NCBI GenBank assembly: GCA_035559595.1
Contig: DATMBF010000020.1
Coordinates: 64,505-128,504, forward strand
Direction: 5' to 3'
Length of the DNA stretch: 64,000 nt
DNA from: Bacteroidota bacterium
GTDB taxonomy: Bacteria > Bacteroidota > Ignavibacteria > UBA10030
Shown here: piece after piece, positions 10,051 to 20,886 of the stretch
How the letters are laid out: every line of letters starts with the position of its first letter
Position numbering within the stretch: the stretch's first letter is position 1
The notes under the pieces: model-generated
Database searches by the model: none
What the model was told of the DNA's origin: nothing
What the model saw: only the letters and a program-made list of their open reading frames with translations
Translations under genes and position numbers: made by a program

Positions 10051-11166
10051 TTACAACCGGGAAGAGACCTCAAAGCCGGCACGCACGAGAATCTCCTTTG
10101 CTTTGTCTACAATCTCACCGGATTCAAAGGATAGCCGAAACGTTCCGCCGATTCTTTCGCGTACCTTGACAAGCTCAATATCTTTGATGTTGATCTTCGA
10201 CTTGGCTAGAGCGGCCGTTAGTCTTGCCAGCATTCCGGGTCGATCCTGAACGAAGACAAACAGATCAACCAGCGGATGGAGAAATCCTTTCATTGATGTT
10301 GGAATCGAACGTCGGATCATTCTTGCGCGTTCGAATTCTTGTTTGAAAGAGTGGGAGTTAGCAAGAATCTTTTCGTATCGTCTCAGCTCATTTCGCAGCA
10401 GGCGAAGAGGTCCACGGATCCTGCCTGCGTTGAGACGGAGAATATCACGCCACAGCAGTGGATCGCTCGACGCGATACGCGTCATGTCCCTGAATCCCCC
10501 AGCGGCAAGACTCAGGTGCTTCCGGGCAACAGGATGTCGCGCACCCGCAACGTTGGTCAATGCTACAGCCGTAAGTTGAGCAAGGTGACTCACGACAGAT
10601 GCAACCTCATCGTGTACTTCAGCATACAGCTTCGCCGGCCTTGCTCCTAATTGCAGCACGAATCTACTGAACGAAGTCACAACGTCGCGGCGCGTGTTCG
10701 ATGTCGGCGTCAACACGTACACGGCATTTTCGAATAGGAGGGGATGAGCTGCGCCAATGCCGCTCGACTCCGATCCGGTCATGGGATGGCCACCAATGAA
10801 ATTCCCTTGGGGAAAATACCGTTCCGCCAATTGAATCACAGGGAGCTTCACACTCCCGACGTCGGTAACGATCGTGTGCGGCGCAGTGAAGCTTGCGATG
10901 CGAGGAATGAGACGGAGGATTGACGATAACGGAGTCGAAAGAATGGCGAGATCAGCCTCTTCGATTGCCTTGCGTAACTGAGACGTGCCGGCATCAATCG
11001 CACGTCGCCGATGAGCCTCAGCCAACACTGATGCCTTGTCGACACCAATAATCTTCGTCGCAGGGAATCGCCGCTTGATTGCCAGACCGAGCGAACCGCC
11101 CATGAGACCGACCCCGACGATTGTCACGATGCGGAAGTTGTATACGGAATTCTTGGACTTGATCAA
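10051..11166 (-). CDS. tyrA: Prephenate dehydrogenase with a C-terminal ACT domain
   Basis: It has an N-terminal Rossmann motif (IVGVGLMGGSLGLAI), the TyrA core, and a C-terminal ACT-like segment (GMLARLTAALAKSKINIKDIELV). Confidence 0.85.
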   Translation of the reverse strand: MIKSKNSVYNFRIVTIVGVGLMGGSLGLAIKRRFPATKIIGVDKASVLAEAHRRRAIDAGTSQLRKAIEEADLAILSTPLSSILRLIPRIASFTAPHTIVTDVGSVKLPVIQLAERYFPQGNFIGGHPMTGSESSGIGAAHPLLFENAVYVLTPTSNTRRDVVTSFSRFVLQLGARPAKLYAEVHDEVASVVSHLAQLTAVALTNVAGARHPVARKHLSLAAGGFRDMTRIASSDPLLWRDILRLNAGRIRGPLRLLRNELRRYEKILANSHSFKQEFERARMIRRSIPTSMKGFLHPLVDLFVFVQDRPGMLARLTAALAKSKINIKDIELVKVRERIGGTFRLSFESGEIVDKAKEILVRAGFEVSSRL

Positions 11167-11188
11167 GGGGAATTGGGAAAGAAAGTCG

Positions 11189-12205
11189 CTACGAGATCGA
11201 TCGCCCGATGGCCTCGGCGATAATGCGAACTTCCTTCATGAGCTGCTGAAACTGATCGGGATAGAGGGATTGCGCGCCATCCGACTTTGCATGATCCGGA
11301 TCGTGATGCACCTCGATCATGATACCATCCGCACCAGCGGCAACCGCTGCGCGCGCCATCGGTGTGACTTTGTCACGGATACCGATTCCGTGGGACGGAT
11401 CGGCAATGATCGGAAGGTGACTCTTCTTCTTGATGACAGGAATGGCTCCAATATCCATGGTGTTCCGTGTTGCAGTCTCAAACGTCCGAATCCCGCGCTC
11501 ACAGAGGATCACATGCTGATTCCCACCGGAGAGAATATACTCGGCCGACATCAGCCATTCCTCTATCGTCGCCGCGAGGCCTCTTTTGAGCATCACCGGT
11601 TTCGAAGCTTTTCCAAGTTCCTTCAGGAAGGCATAGTTCTGCATGTTGCGGGCTCCAACTTGCAGGATATCGGTGTATTTCTCTACCAGCGCGATTTGAC
11701 TCCGATCCATCACTTCGGTGATCACCTTGAGGTTGGTTGCGTCCGCGGCCTTTCGAAGCAGGGCCAATCCTTCCTCGCCCAAGCCCTGGAAGGAGTACGG
11801 AGAGGTGCGCGGCTTAAATGCTCCTCCTCGAAGAATCTTTGCACCTGCAGCGGCAACTCTTTCAGCAATTGTAAAAATCTGATCTTCGCTCTCTACCGAG
11901 CATGGCCCCGCCATGACGACCACTTCCCGACCGCCGATCTTCACACCACCGATGTCGACGACAGTTCCTTCACGTTTGAAACTTCGACTTGCGAGTTTAT
12001 AAGGCTCAGTGATGCGAATGACCTCGGCCACACCCGGTAACAATTCAATTTGCCGATGGTCAAAATCAGGTTTGACCCCGATGGCTCCGAGGACGGTCTG
12101 GCGCACTCCCGTCGATCGATGCACGTCAAAGCCATGCTCGTGCAACGCTTTGATGATGTCTTCAATCTGCTTCTCAGTTGCTCCTGGTTCGACGACAACG
12201 ACCAT
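11189..12205 (-). CDS. 3-deoxy-7-phosphoheptulonate (DAHP) synthase, type I-beta, with an N-terminal ferredoxin-like regulatory domain
   Basis: The DAHP/KDO8P synthase family (PF00793-like) core is present ([10 protein letters not shown]...[19 protein letters not shown]...KRG...ADPSHG). An extra ~70 aa N-terminal domain matches the regulated type I-beta enzymes. It is adjacent to tyrA. Confidence 0.85.
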   Translation of the reverse strand: MVVVVEPGATEKQIEDIIKALHEHGFDVHRSTGVRQTVLGAIGVKPDFDHRQIELLPGVAEVIRITEPYKLASRSFKREGTVVDIGGVKIGGREVVVMAGPCSVESEDQIFTIAERVAAAGAKILRGGAFKPRTSPYSFQGLGEEGLALLRKAADATNLKVITEVMDRSQIALVEKYTDILQVGARNMQNYAFLKELGKASKPVMLKRGLAATIEEWLMSAEYILSGGNQHVILCERGIRTFETATRNTMDIGAIPVIKKKSHLPIIADPSHGIGIRDKVTPMARAAVAAGADGIMIEVHHDPDHAKSDGAQSLYPDQFQQLMKEVRIIAEAIGRSIS

Positions 12206-12231
12206 ACTGTGACTACTCCAATTCGATGCTG

Positions 12232-13041
12232 CTAAGTGTACCGATCAAGTTTGAATTTCTCTCCAAGATACAAGCGCCTCGCTTCTGGATCGTTCGCCAG
12301 AAAATCTGCCGTGCCGGATTTCAGGATCTTCCCCTCGAAGAGGAGATAGGAATGATCCGTAATCGAAAGAGTTTCGTGGACGTTATGATCCGTAATCAGA
12401 ACGCCAATGTTCTTTTCCTTCAGCTTATGGATAATCTTCATAATCTCTTCGACAGCGATGGGATCGATCCCGGCAAAAGGCTCGTCGAGCAACATGAAGC
12501 GCGGATCGAGCGCTAATGCTCTTGCGATCTCTGTTCGACGTCGTTCGCCACCGGAAAGAACGTAGCCCGGATTCCTGGCGACATGCGTCAGCCCGAAGTC
12601 CTCCAGAAGCTGATCACATTTTTCCTCCTGCTCTTTGCGAGAGAGATCGCTCATCTCAAGCACAGCAAGGATGTTCTCACGCACCGAGAGTCTGCGAAAC
12701 ACCGAGGCCTCCTGCGGCAAGTAGCCAATCCCCATCCGTGCACGACGATACATCGGAAGAGTCGTGATCTCCTGATCGTCGATGTAGACCTTGCCCCCGT
12801 TCGGTGGAACCATACCCACGATCATATAAAACGTCGTCGTTTTGCCGGCGCCATTGGGTCCAAGCAGTCCGACAATCTCTCCCTGTCGTACAGCAATCGT
12901 CACATCGTTGACCACCGTTCGCTTTTTATACCGCTTCACAAGACCTTCTGACCTCAACGTTGAACGCGGCTCGACAGAGGGGACTTTAAGGCGAAGTGGC
13001 GCGCGACTGCGTGATTTCGTGTTCGATTTCCGTTTACTCAT
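12232..13041 (-). CDS. lptB: LPS export ABC transporter ATP-binding protein LptB
   Basis: It has Walker A ([10 protein letters not shown]), an ABC signature (LSGGERRR), and Walker B (LLDEP). Its position downstream of lptA-like and lptC-like genes supports the call. Confidence 0.85.
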   Translation of the reverse strand: MSKRKSNTKSRSRAPLRLKVPSVEPRSTLRSEGLVKRYKKRTVVNDVTIAVRQGEIVGLLGPNGAGKTTTFYMIVGMVPPNGGKVYIDDQEITTLPMYRRARMGIGYLPQEASVFRRLSVRENILAVLEMSDLSRKEQEEKCDQLLEDFGLTHVARNPGYVLSGGERRRTEIARALALDPRFMLLDEPFAGIDPIAVEEIMKIIHKLKEKNIGVLITDHNVHETLSITDHSYLLFEGKILKSGTADFLANDPEARRLYLGEKFKLDRYT

Positions 13042-14314
13042 GAAGTGAGCTCACAATCTCCAGGTGCTGACGCCGGGGCCGGTCCGTGCGCCATTGAAAT
13101 CCATCCAGGTTGAATTCACGTTCACGTCGAGCGAGCATTTCCTCGGGGAAATACCTCCCTTCAACGCCGCCGATAATCTTGATCCGATCCACTTTCCGGT
13201 CTCGAAAATCAATGAAAATTTTATCACCGCTTGAACGGTTTGCGCCGTTCGGCCGATCACCATCGTAAAGATAATACAGGCTCGTTGCTGTTCGGTCTAC
13301 TTCGACCCTCCTGAGTTCGTCATCTTCAAAATACATGCGGATGATTCGACCGGTCAGTTGGTCAAACCTGTGTGGCCGCAGCGTGTCGGCCCTCGAGACC
13401 GCCATCGCGCGTCCTTCAACGTACACGCTGTTCAGCCGACGATCTCTCAGCCCAACGACAATCGAGTCGCCCGTTATTTGACGTTCTGCATGCCAGACAA
13501 CCGGTTCCCCTTGCAAAATGATCCTCTCATCGCGAGTCAAGTATGTCGCCCGCTGACAACGCGCCGCGACATCACTTCGTACAACCACGACCTCTTCGCT
13601 GGCGATGAAGCGACGAGAGGTATCTTGAAACGCCTCCATCACTCGACTTTGAATAAGCAGTGTGTCTACAATTCCTGTACTTGTCGTATCGACCTGCATG
13701 AACAGCGGATTCTTCGGAACAATGGTGTACCCTTGCTTCTCAAAGTGCACGAGGGAATCGCCAAAGACCGTTGTGTTGTTCTGCGGACTGATGATCTTGA
13801 CGTTCCCTGTTGCGATCGAACAGTCATCCTCCTCGAAATAGGTCAATCGATCACACCGTGTTTCCGAAACGGAATCCTGCACGACGACGCTTCCCGCAAA
13901 CTCAGCCCGCTTTTCCTGTGTAAAATAGTCGCCAACCGCAGCGTTGAGAATCCTTCCGCCCCGTTGGAGTTGGACACCCCGATCCAACCGCGCCCTCTGC
14001 TCTTTCCCATAATACACCCCCTCCTCTGCGCGAAGCGTCACACTATCTCTCACAATCCGCACATTTCCAAACAGTTCGACCTTGTTCTGCTTCATGTACC
14101 GCAGTGCCCTTTGACACCAGACTTTCACAAGTCCACCGCCACTCGTGGGTTGAACGAAGTGGACGTTGCCGATCAACTCCCTTACCTCCTCGCCGGCAAT
14201 TTCCCTCCCCCGCAATTCATTGGCCGACTTCAACTCAATCACTCTCTCTTGCGCCAGGAGTCCCGCGGCACACAACGTCAAACAGCCTGCAAGAATGATT
14301 CGAGGGAAAGTCAC
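13034..14314 (-). CDS. OstA/LptA-like beta-jellyroll protein, elongated periplasmic LptA-like
   Basis: It has a signal peptide and repeated OstA-like N-domain-type segments. It sits between lptC-like and lptB with overlapping starts and stops. At 426 aa it is larger than E. coli LptA. Confidence 0.6.
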   Translation of the reverse strand: MTFPRIILAGCLTLCAAGLLAQERVIELKSANELRGREIAGEEVRELIGNVHFVQPTSGGGLVKVWCQRALRYMKQNKVELFGNVRIVRDSVTLRAEEGVYYGKEQRARLDRGVQLQRGGRILNAAVGDYFTQEKRAEFAGSVVVQDSVSETRCDRLTYFEEDDCSIATGNVKIISPQNNTTVFGDSLVHFEKQGYTIVPKNPLFMQVDTTSTGIVDTLLIQSRVMEAFQDTSRRFIASEEVVVVRSDVAARCQRATYLTRDERIILQGEPVVWHAERQITGDSIVVGLRDRRLNSVYVEGRAMAVSRADTLRPHRFDQLTGRIIRMYFEDDELRRVEVDRTATSLYYLYDGDRPNGANRSSGDKIFIDFRDRKVDRIKIIGGVEGRYFPEEMLARREREFNLDGFQWRTDRPRRQHLEIVSSLHE

Positions 14315-14333
14315 AACGTTATCCTGCGACCAT

Positions 14334-14873
14334 TCATTCGGTGTTTGCCTCTCCGGTGACCCTGAAAATGCGGTAGTTCTTCAAACCCTGGTCAGCCTCG
14401 AAACCTTTTCCTTGAATCTTCTCCTTTGGAGAGACGATATCGACAAACTCCGCTGTGTGAATCAATTTGCTTCCGTTATTCCAGAACAGCACGCTCGTCC
14501 GCAGGACCGTACTGTCGCTCGAGACCACAACAACATTGCCTCTCGCCTCCAGATTGTTCGTCACGTCATCCACCTTACCTGCCTCGGCGGTCAAGACAGA
14601 TGTCTCTTTGCCCTGTTCGTCGAAGAAATGGACGGTAATCCCTTCGCTGAGATGTGTTTCGGCGGGATACTCAAAGACGCGAATGTAGCCGGCTTTAATG
14701 AGGGCCTTTGCTTTTCCGGAATCGGAAATGCTGATCGTGCTGTTCCAGCTCTCCTGTTTGGGGAGTTGGGCGCTGTTGAGGTTGTGAAGAACAGAGGGTT
14801 TAATCTTTTCTTCACAACTGAACGCGGTAAGGGTGAGGAGCAACCACATCATAACAACCGTTGCCGCTTTCAT
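14334..14873 (-). CDS. LptC-like periplasmic lipoprotein
   Basis: 179 aa. It has a signal/lipobox (LTAFSC) and sits in the synteny position between kdsD and lptA-like. The assignment rests on context and size. Confidence 0.5.
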   Translation of the reverse strand: MKAATVVMMWLLLTLTAFSCEEKIKPSVLHNLNSAQLPKQESWNSTISISDSGKAKALIKAGYIRVFEYPAETHLSEGITVHFFDEQGKETSVLTAEAGKVDDVTNNLEARGNVVVVSSDSTVLRTSVLFWNNGSKLIHTAEFVDIVSPKEKIQGKGFEADQGLKNYRIFRVTGEANTE

Positions 14874-15856
14874 CCTGTAGCGTCGCTCCCGATCCCTGCC
14901 TTTACGAGGTCGTGCAGGTGCACCATGCCGACAGGCTTGTGATTGCCATCGACGACGACAAGCTGGGTAATGTTGTAGGTCTCCATCTCCTCCAGAGCTA
15001 CTGCGGCCAGCATGCCCAGCCGAATTGTCTTCGGATTCTTCGTCATTACCTGAGCTGCTTTGACGTTGGAAACATCCGTCGTACGCTGAAGCAATCGCCG
15101 AAGATCACCATCGGTGATGATTCCGCTCAAGGTGCCGCTGTCATTGATCACGCAGGTGGCTCCAAGACGCTTCTTCGTCATCACGTAAATGGCCTCTGAA
15201 AGGGGAACTGACTCATGCACAATGGGAACATCTTCACCGGTAACCATGATCTCTTCTATCTTCAAGAGGAGTCGCTTGCCAATATTCCCGCCCGGATGAA
15301 ACATGGCAAAATCCTCTTTTGTGAAATTGCGCTTGTCCAGCAGCGCAATCGCCAGCGCATCACCCATAGCGAGTGTAGCCGTTGTCGAAGCGGTTGGAGC
15401 GAGATCGTGCGGGCAGGCTTCTTCTTTCACGCTGATATCCAGAACGAGATCGCTTTGCTTGGCAAGGTGCGACGAAGCGTTCCCCACCATGGAGATAATC
15501 TTCACGCCGATACGTCGAAACATCGGAATGAGCTGCCGTATCTCATCCGTATCGCCGCTTTTCGAGATACAAATAACGATGTCCTCTTTACGGACCATTC
15601 CCAGGTCACCATGGACAGCGTCGGAAGGATGCAGGAAAATCGCCGCTGTGCCAGTGGAGTTCATCGTCGCCACCACCTTGCGTGCAACGATACCTGACTT
15701 TCCCATCCCTGTCACAATGACCCGCCCACGGCAGTTATAGATCAACTCAACTGCTTCCGCAAACGCGCCATTGATCTTTGACTCAAGATCGGCAACGGCA
15801 GCCGCCTCAATGCGAATAACCTCTCTGCCTTTTTCAATCGCTGAAGGTGCTTTCAT
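14870..15856 (-). CDS. kdsD: Arabinose-5-phosphate isomerase (KdsD/KpsF); SIS domain plus tandem CBS domains
   Basis: It has an SIS domain (VIVTGMGKSGIVARK...) and two C-terminal CBS domains. It is 328 aa and lies in a Kdo/Lpt cluster. Confidence 0.9.
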   Translation of the reverse strand: MKAPSAIEKGREVIRIEAAAVADLESKINGAFAEAVELIYNCRGRVIVTGMGKSGIVARKVVATMNSTGTAAIFLHPSDAVHGDLGMVRKEDIVICISKSGDTDEIRQLIPMFRRIGVKIISMVGNASSHLAKQSDLVLDISVKEEACPHDLAPTASTTATLAMGDALAIALLDKRNFTKEDFAMFHPGGNIGKRLLLKIEEIMVTGEDVPIVHESVPLSEAIYVMTKKRLGATCVINDSGTLSGIITDGDLRRLLQRTTDVSNVKAAQVMTKNPKTIRLGMLAAVALEEMETYNITQLVVVDGNHKPVGMVHLHDLVKAGIGSDATG

Positions 15857-16620
15857 TGACTGGACATGAATTGAGCGAGACGTTGGAATAATGACCGACG
15901 CCTTGGGGTCGGTAACACAATGTTTCCTTCAAGGGAAACCTTGGTTCGAATCTGGTTATACGTTCGGAATGCATGAATGAGGTCTGCGTCCGAAAAACTC
16001 GAGATCTCGGTAAACAAGCGCGATGCATCGAACGCCCGCCGGGGATCACGGACGTTCTTATGGAGCATCAGCTCGTTGTAGAAATTCGTCGGCGGAATAA
16101 GATGATTCACCTGCGATTTTCTGTCATGGATCCACACTCGCTGGTCCTGCGCACACAGGGCGAGGTTCATCGGCTCGTGGTGTGTCGTAGTCATGGATAC
16201 TTCTCTGATCGCTCGACCGCAGATTGGACACCCCTCCCCGGGCGACCAATACGAAAGCGACCACCGTTTCTGTTCTCCATCGAGCGAGGGTTCACCCTCG
16301 CCGCTTATCGTCACAATCTCGAACTCAATTTGATCGTCCAGCTGTTCGCGAACCGTCGCCGAGATTGTCTGCCGATCGGTGTGAATCATTCCGACAGCAA
16401 AAATCTGAGGCAATGGCGATTCCAGGTCGACACGCGCATCAGGGGGAGCCAACACATAGTTGCCCCCTCCCCTTCTTCCGGCTGCGACCACCAGCCATTG
16501 CAAAACATTTCGCCGGTATGAATCGTATCCTCCTCGCCCTTCAGGAAGGAGCCAGAGAAGGATATCCCGTTCCAACGACGTGAGTGGTCTTGGGAAATTC
16601 TCATTTGCGTTCATGTGCAC
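15853..16620 (-). CDS. Hypothetical protein of unknown function embedded in the Kdo biosynthesis cluster
   Basis: 255 aa. It shares 4-nt and 20-nt overlaps with the flanking kdsD and kdsC, which implies translational coupling. There are no recognisable motifs apart from a CPICGR segment. Confidence 0.5.
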   Translation of the reverse strand: MHMNANENFPRPLTSLERDILLWLLPEGRGGYDSYRRNVLQWLVVAAGRRGGGNYVLAPPDARVDLESPLPQIFAVGMIHTDRQTISATVREQLDDQIEFEIVTISGEGEPSLDGEQKRWSLSYWSPGEGCPICGRAIREVSMTTTHHEPMNLALCAQDQRVWIHDRKSQVNHLIPPTNFYNELMLHKNVRDPRRAFDASRLFTEISSFSDADLIHAFRTYNQIRTKVSLEGNIVLPTPRRRSLFQRLAQFMSSQ

Positions 16621-17107
16621 TCATCACCAGATCGATCACCTCTCGCACCGCCCCGTCACCCCCGCGGCGTCGACAGACATAATCAACACGTTTCTTCACC
16701 GCCTCCACGGCATCAGACGGAGCAGCGGAGAACCCACACACTTCGAGAATTGGAATATCTGGTACATCATCCCCCATGGCCGCGATCTCCTCATCGCCTA
16801 ACCGCAGCTTGGCTTTCAAAGAGTGATAAACGGAAAGCTTATCCGACAGATTCTGATACACATGGCGGATGCCGAGTTCTTCAGCCCGTCGCTGCACAAG
16901 CTCCGACACACGACCCGTGACAATTCCCACCTGAAACCCTTGCTTTTGAAATTGAACGATTCCGTACCCGTCCTTGATGTTAAACTTTTTGAACTCGTCC
17001 CCTTTTTCTGAAAAGTAGATCCCTCCATCGGTCATCACACCGTCCACATCGAGAAGGAGGAGCTTGATCTTCTTAAGGGCGGATTTCGCAAAACGTTTCC
17101 GTGACAA
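16601..17107 (-). CDS. kdsC: 3-deoxy-D-manno-octulosonate 8-phosphate phosphatase (HAD family)
   Basis: The start carries the HAD motif I, LLLLDVDGVMTDG. It is about 168 aa and adjacent to kdsA. Confidence 0.8.
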   Translation of the reverse strand: MSRKRFAKSALKKIKLLLLDVDGVMTDGGIYFSEKGDEFKKFNIKDGYGIVQFQKQGFQVGIVTGRVSELVQRRAEELGIRHVYQNLSDKLSVYHSLKAKLRLGDEEIAAMGDDVPDIPILEVCGFSAAPSDAVEAVKKRVDYVCRRRGGDGAVREVIDLVMSAHERK

Positions 17108-17121
17108 ATCGGGTCGTAGTC

Positions 17122-17955
17122 TTATGGAAGAGAAAGGTTCTGCTCTTTGACAAACCGATCGATCGAAACGACCTGCTTCAACAGGTCCTCCATGCGATCC
17201 AATTTCAGCTGGCTTTCCTGATCGCTCAGCGCGCGACGCGGATTCGGATGTGTCTCAACAAACAGCGCATCACAACCGACAGCAACTCCAGCTCGCGCAA
17301 TGGGGAAAATGAATTCCGGCTGGCCGCCGCTCTTCGTCCCAGAAGCGCCCGGAAGCTGCACGGAATGCGTCGCGTCAAGCACGACCGGATACCCTGTCTT
17401 TCTCATGATTGCGAGCGAGCGCATATCGACAACAAGGTTGTTATAGCCAAACGTCGTCCCCCGCTCTGTAAGAAGAATTCGTTTGTTGCCGGTGGAGCTC
17501 ACCTTTTCGGCTGCGAGCTTCATATCGACAGGCGCAAGGAATTGCCCCTTTTTGATATTCACGGCCCTTCCGGTCCGACCCGCGGCCTGCAGAAGCTCGG
17601 TTTGCCTGCAGAGGAACGCGGGGATTTGGAGAATATCAGCCACGTCAGCAGCAGCTTCCGCTTCTTCTGGAGAATGAATATCGGTCAATATGGGAACCTC
17701 CATCTCCGTTTTGACTTCTTCGAGAATCGCCAGAGCTTTTTCCGGACCAATCGTTGAAAAGGAGAATCCGCTCGACCGGTTCGCCTTCTTGTACGAGGAT
17801 TTAAAGATAAACGGTATTCCGAATCGTGCAGTGAGATTCTTGAGGCGATCGGCAGTTTTCAAGACAAGGTCCCGACTTTCCACAACACAGGGACCCGCAA
17901 TCAGCACCAATGGCCGTCGATCACCTATGGCGATATTTCCAACTTTGACAACCAC
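17122..17955 (-). CDS. kdsA: 2-dehydro-3-deoxyphosphooctonate aldolase (KDO8P synthase)
   Basis: 277 aa. It has a DAHP/KDO8PS family core (LIAGPCVVES...KSSYKKANRSS...DATHSVQLPG). It sits in the Kdo cluster with kdsC and kdsD. Confidence 0.9.
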   Translation of the reverse strand: MVVKVGNIAIGDRRPLVLIAGPCVVESRDLVLKTADRLKNLTARFGIPFIFKSSYKKANRSSGFSFSTIGPEKALAILEEVKTEMEVPILTDIHSPEEAEAAADVADILQIPAFLCRQTELLQAAGRTGRAVNIKKGQFLAPVDMKLAAEKVSSTGNKRILLTERGTTFGYNNLVVDMRSLAIMRKTGYPVVLDATHSVQLPGASGTKSGGQPEFIFPIARAGVAVGCDALFVETHPNPRRALSDQESQLKLDRMEDLLKQVVSIDRFVKEQNLSLP

Positions 17956-18056
17956 AGTGTAGCGATAAACATACGAAAAATTGCGCGCAAGAACAAAAAC
18001 GCAGAGGAAGCAGTTTTCTTGATTCTCCTCACTTTAAGCTGTATTTTCTCGGAGCC

Positions 18057-18917
18057 ATGAAGCTGCGAGCGTACGCAAAAATCAATCTGGGACTTCAAAT
18101 CCTCGACAAACGAGAGGATGGATACCACAACATTGAGACTGTGTTTCATCAGATCAATTGGTACGATGAACTCGAATTAGAGAGATCGGACTCGGGAATT
18201 TCACTGAATACCGCCTCTGCCAACGTGCCAAATGATGAAACCAATCTGTGCGTACACGCTGCGAAACTTCTTGCAGAGCTCTCGGGAGCAAAAGCGGGTG
18301 CCCGAATCACTCTCAAAAAATCTATTCCCGTCGGTGCCGGCCTCGGCGGTGGAAGCTCCGACGCGGCAGCCGTCCTGCTCGGCTTGAATTCACTCTGGGA
18401 CCTGCACCTACCACCTGACCGGCTTCATCCTCTAGCGGAAAAGCTCGGCTCGGATGTCCCCTATTTCCTTGTTGGGGGTACGGTGTATGGGACAGGTCGC
18501 GGCGAGACTCTGGAGCCCATTGACCTCCAGCTCCCTTACTGGATTCTTGTCTGCACACCCCCAGTACATATTTCGACAGCCTGGGCATATGCCAACTTCC
18601 GCAAGAATCCCTACCTTCGACGTGAGGACCTCCGTGCCCTCGTGACCAATGCACTGAGCCAGCCGCAGGTGCTTCTCAACAAACTTCGCAATGATTTTGA
18701 GTCTACGGTGTTTCGGCAGTATCCGGAAGTCATGCACCTTAAGGAGAAATTGATTCGCGGGGGAGCCGACTTTGCGTTGATGAGTGGAAGCGGGTCCTCG
18801 GTGTTTGGATTCTTCAGCAACGAACGTTACGTGCGCGAACTCCATGATCGCCTCGCTCAATCCTATGCCGTCTCGTTGACTGAACCCTACTTTCAACCCC
18901 AACCAGTTCTCAGCTAA
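18057..18917 (+). CDS. ispE: 4-diphosphocytidyl-2-C-methyl-D-erythritol kinase
   Basis: The start MKLRAYAKINLGLQILDKREDGYHNIETVF and the GHMP kinase motif (PVGAGLGGGSSDAAA) are present. Confidence 0.85.
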   Translation: MKLRAYAKINLGLQILDKREDGYHNIETVFHQINWYDELELERSDSGISLNTASANVPNDETNLCVHAAKLLAELSGAKAGARITLKKSIPVGAGLGGGSSDAAAVLLGLNSLWDLHLPPDRLHPLAEKLGSDVPYFLVGGTVYGTGRGETLEPIDLQLPYWILVCTPPVHISTAWAYANFRKNPYLRREDLRALVTNALSQPQVLLNKLRNDFESTVFRQYPEVMHLKEKLIRGGADFALMSGSGSSVFGFFSNERYVRELHDRLAQSYAVSLTEPYFQPQPVLS

Positions 18918-18921
18918 AATC

Positions 18922-20886
18922 TTGCACGACCTCCCGCCCGCTTTTCGGATTCGTTTCCCACGACTTCTCTGCCTTTTGCTTCTCTTGTATCTGATGAACT
19001 TCCATGCCGCAGGCCAGTCCGCACAAACTCCAGCAGACACAACAACGGTAGACTCCGTTCGTGTGCGATTCATTCCCTCCATCGGTAAGGTTCTCGGTCT
19101 TATCGACACAACTTCATCCCTCTACCACGACCAATTCATCTGGACTGATGCAAAGTATTTGGGTGACCTTTTGAATCGACTCCCTGGCTGGTTTGTGCGG
19201 GAATTTGGTGAGCCTGGTCAGCCGAGCCAGTCATGGTTTCTTGGATCAGACTGGCGGGGGATATCGTTTTTGGTCGACGGCAGAGCGCTCCACGATCCCG
19301 TGACGAGCACATTCAACCTCTACGACTTTCCGATCGAATTCGTCGATCACCTCGAAGTCTTAAGTGCTGGAGAGGCAATCGCGCTCGGCTCGAACACAAC
19401 TGTCCCGACGATCAATATCGTCACACGCCAATATAATGCGCCCCGTCCGATAACGAAGATCCGATTTCACCAGGGTCCCAACGAGCATCTGCTGACTGAC
19501 GCCCTCTTTACCCAGAATGTTGCGACTGCGACAAATCTGATGATTGGCGTTCAGCGACAGGTGACCGATGGACGATTCTCCAACGCCTCGTACGACTCGT
19601 GGAGCGTTCGTGCTCGAGTTCGGTATAACGTGTCGGAGAAGGTAAATCTTGCCCTCACTGAGCTGTACACGAAAGCAACAACCGGAGCAAATGGCGGTGT
19701 GTTTGTGGACAGCACTCGATCCATTTTCGACGAGAGATTGGCAACCGTCCACTACGCCAATGCGCGTGAAGAGCGATCACGACACGATTTGACATTCTCG
19801 CTCATCGCCAAACCGTTCGCGGACTCACTCTGGCTCACTCAAGCCGCTTTGTATTCCTCTACAGCTGAGAGAGTGTTTCAGGACCCCGGTTCGACAATCA
19901 ATCAGTCGGTCGGAACTTATAGGTGGTCTTTTCTTGGTGGACGAGTTTACCAACGTCTCCATCATGGCTTTGTCACCGCATTCATGGGGGGTCAAGCTGA
20001 GCAACGATCGATAAGCGCTTTCGCTACTTTCCCGGCTCGCCGCATGAATCAGTCCTCTATCTTCGCCACTGCAGAGGCGACACTCCTCAGTCACATTACT
20101 CTTTCAGGTTCGGCAAAACAGGATTTCTACGACGATGCGAACCTTCTCGCTTTCGGAGGGAAGATGACGTTCTTTGCCAGTGAATACGCTCATGCTTCTG
20201 CCGAATACTCCAAATCCTCCCGCTATCCTTCTCTCTTCGAAACGTTGCTCCTGTCTCCGATCTCATCACTCCCTCCCTTTGAAAAACACAGGGTCACCTC
20301 ACTCAATCTGACCATCGGGTCCGTGCGTTCCTCTTTCATGACAACACTGACTGCATTTCGAAGAGCAATCGAAAATGCTGTTATGGCTCGTCCCATTACT
20401 TCCAGTGGCAGATATATCTTCCCGCAACTTGAAACAGTTCGTTCCATCACTGTTCAAGGTCTGGCCGTTGCTGTTGACGTTCGTGTCTGGAAACTTCGTG
20501 CCTCTGGTCAGGGAACATACATTAAGCCGTACCGGACGAGCAGTGAGAATTTTTCGCTTCCAACGTTAACGCTGTCCGGCGAGCTTTCCTTCAGGGACAC
20601 ATTCTTTCAGGACAACCTTGATGCGCGATTGGCTTTTCGGGCCCGTTATGCCGCCAAAAACAGAGGGATGCGGTTCATTCCCGCATACACAATGTTTGTC
20701 TTTAATGATCGTTCGGAGATAGGAGAATTTGCAACGTTCGATCTTTATGGAGTATTCAAGATTGGCGACGCATTGATCAATCTCGTCTGGGAAAACGTTC
20801 CGGATATCAATTACATTACCACCCCCGTCTACCCCATGCTTGGGAGATCCATCAGACTGGGTGTGAACTGGGTGTTTTTCGACTGA
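18922..20886 (+). CDS. TonB-dependent receptor-like outer-membrane beta-barrel protein
   Basis: It has a signal peptide and a plug-like region (VDHLEVLSAGEAIALGS resembles the TonB-box/plug motif). A long beta-rich C-terminus ends in ...WVFFD. Confidence 0.6.
   Translation: MHDLPPAFRIRFPRLLCLLLLLYLMNFHAAGQSAQTPADTTTVDSVRVRFIPSIGKVLGLIDTTSSLYHDQFIWTDAKYLGDLLNRLPGWFVREFGEPGQPSQSWFLGSDWRGISFLVDGRALHDPVTSTFNLYDFPIEFVDHLEVLSAGEAIALGSNTTVPTINIVTRQYNAPRPITKIRFHQGPNEHLLTDALFTQNVATATNLMIGVQRQVTDGRFSNASYDSWSVRARVRYNVSEKVNLALTELYTKATTGANGGVFVDSTRSIFDERLATVHYANAREERSRHDLTFSLIAKPFADSLWLTQAALYSSTAERVFQDPGSTINQSVGTYRWSFLGGRVYQRLHHGFVTAFMGGQAEQRSISAFATFPARRMNQSSIFATAEATLLSHITLSGSAKQDFYDDANLLAFGGKMTFFASEYAHASAEYSKSSRYPSLFETLLLSPISSLPPFEKHRVTSLNLTIGSVRSSFMTTLTAFRRAIENAVMARPITSSGRYIFPQLETVRSITVQGLAVAVDVRVWKLRASGQGTYIKPYRTSSENFSLPTLTLSGELSFRDTFFQDNLDARLAFRARYAAKNRGMRFIPAYTMFVFNDRSEIGEFATFDLYGVFKIGDALINLVWENVPDINYITTPVYPMLGRSIRLGVNWVFFD

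Noticed and set aside
11036-12040. 334-aa plus-strand ORF
   Set aside because: It is antisense to the DAHP synthase gene, whose product has clear family motifs. It has no motifs and a biased R/C/H-rich composition.
13358-14942. Plus-strand ORFs of 333 aa and 258 aa
   Set aside because: They are antisense to the LptA-like and LptC-like genes, which fit conserved lpt/kds synteny on the minus strand.
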